Origin: Octopus bimaculoides
Taxonomy: Eukaryota
Assembly (NCBI RefSeq): GCF_001194135.2
Contig: NC_068982.1
Coordinates: forward strand, 75,563,534 to 75,627,533
Direction: 5' to 3'
DNA length: 64,000 nt
Part shown: positions 63,274 through 64,000 of the stretch, in pieces
How the letters are laid out: each line of letters begins with the position of its first letter
Position numbering within the stretch: position 1 is the stretch's first letter
The notes under the pieces: model-generated
The model's input: only the letters and a program-made list of their open reading frames with translations
Database searches by the model: none
What the model was told of the DNA's origin: nothing
Program-made: the position numbers and the translations under genes

Positions 63274-64000
63274 TGAGGTGGTATCAAAAGGTTCCCAGAC
63301 TAATTATGTTTAATAAGTTTAACATCATCTCTTTCGAAATAGTCACCTGCAATACACCAGTCCCAGCATTCCTGCCACTTTTGGAATCTGTCCTGGAAGA
63401 CATTTTCATTAAGCTAGTCAAGGACCTTCTGCGATTTACTCTTGATCTCAACAACAGTGTTAAAATAACCTTTGAGCTGCATTTTCATCTTGGGGAAGAA
63501 ATGAAAGTTCGCAGATGCTAAATCTGGCAAAAAGGGTGGGTGCGGAAGTGATACCATGTTGTTGACAAGAAACTCCCGTGTGAGATTTTGGTGACAGGGT
63601 GCACTGTTTTTGTGAAGAATCCAGATGTCGGGATTGCTTGTACAGACCCTTAAGACAGACCAACAACATCATTGATTGTCCGCTGAGGATCTTCATGCAC
63701 AAGCTGATGAATTTTCTCCATATTTCCAGGGGTGATGCATGTGGCAGTCTTCCAGATTGTTCGTCGTCTTCCAGTGATGTTCTTCTGCTTTTGAAGTGCC
63801 CATTGCATACAACCCACTGCCTTGTTGCTGTAAGCTTGCTGACGCATGCTCAATGTCTCTGTAGCAGACTTCCCAAATTTAATACAAAATTTCACATTGG
63901 CTCTTTGTTTCAACTTCCTGTTCATGACAAAATTGCAGACTACAACATACACGATCACAAAGAAACAAATTTCACAACTTGCGAAGTAAACACAGTGATG
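63274..64000 (-). mobile_element. Internally deleted mariner remnant (irritans-like), continuing past the window edge
   Basis: Terminus TA|TGAGGTGGTATCAAAAGGTTCC. N-terminal HTH segment KQRANVKFCIKFGKSATETL is in ORF 63650..63958. Degenerate C-terminal FQKWQECWDWCI lies near 63350-63400, and most of the catalytic middle is missing. Confidence 0.85.

Overview
AT-rich, microsatellite- and SINE-dense animal genomic DNA; the repeat families suggest an octopus (inference). It has three N gaps. The whole window lies inside one minus-strand gene whose 5' end is beyond 64000 and whose stop codon was not found. By reading GT-AG splice sites I assembled 18 phase-compatible exons (63174 to 1639; 1869 nt, 623 codons, no in-frame stop), plus a candidate 30-nt cassette exon. 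The product is a long coiled-coil rod. Ten exons are exactly 84 nt, phase 0/0, and each encodes one 28-residue (4-heptad) myosin-tail-like repeat. The rod is followed by a Ser-rich linker and a probable single C-terminal transmembrane helix. The introns carry four decayed Tc1/mariner elements, RTE and CR1 LINE fragments, several SINE families and two long inverted repeats (one about 300 bp and about 96% identical). No gene symbol could be assigned, and all alignments were done by eye.
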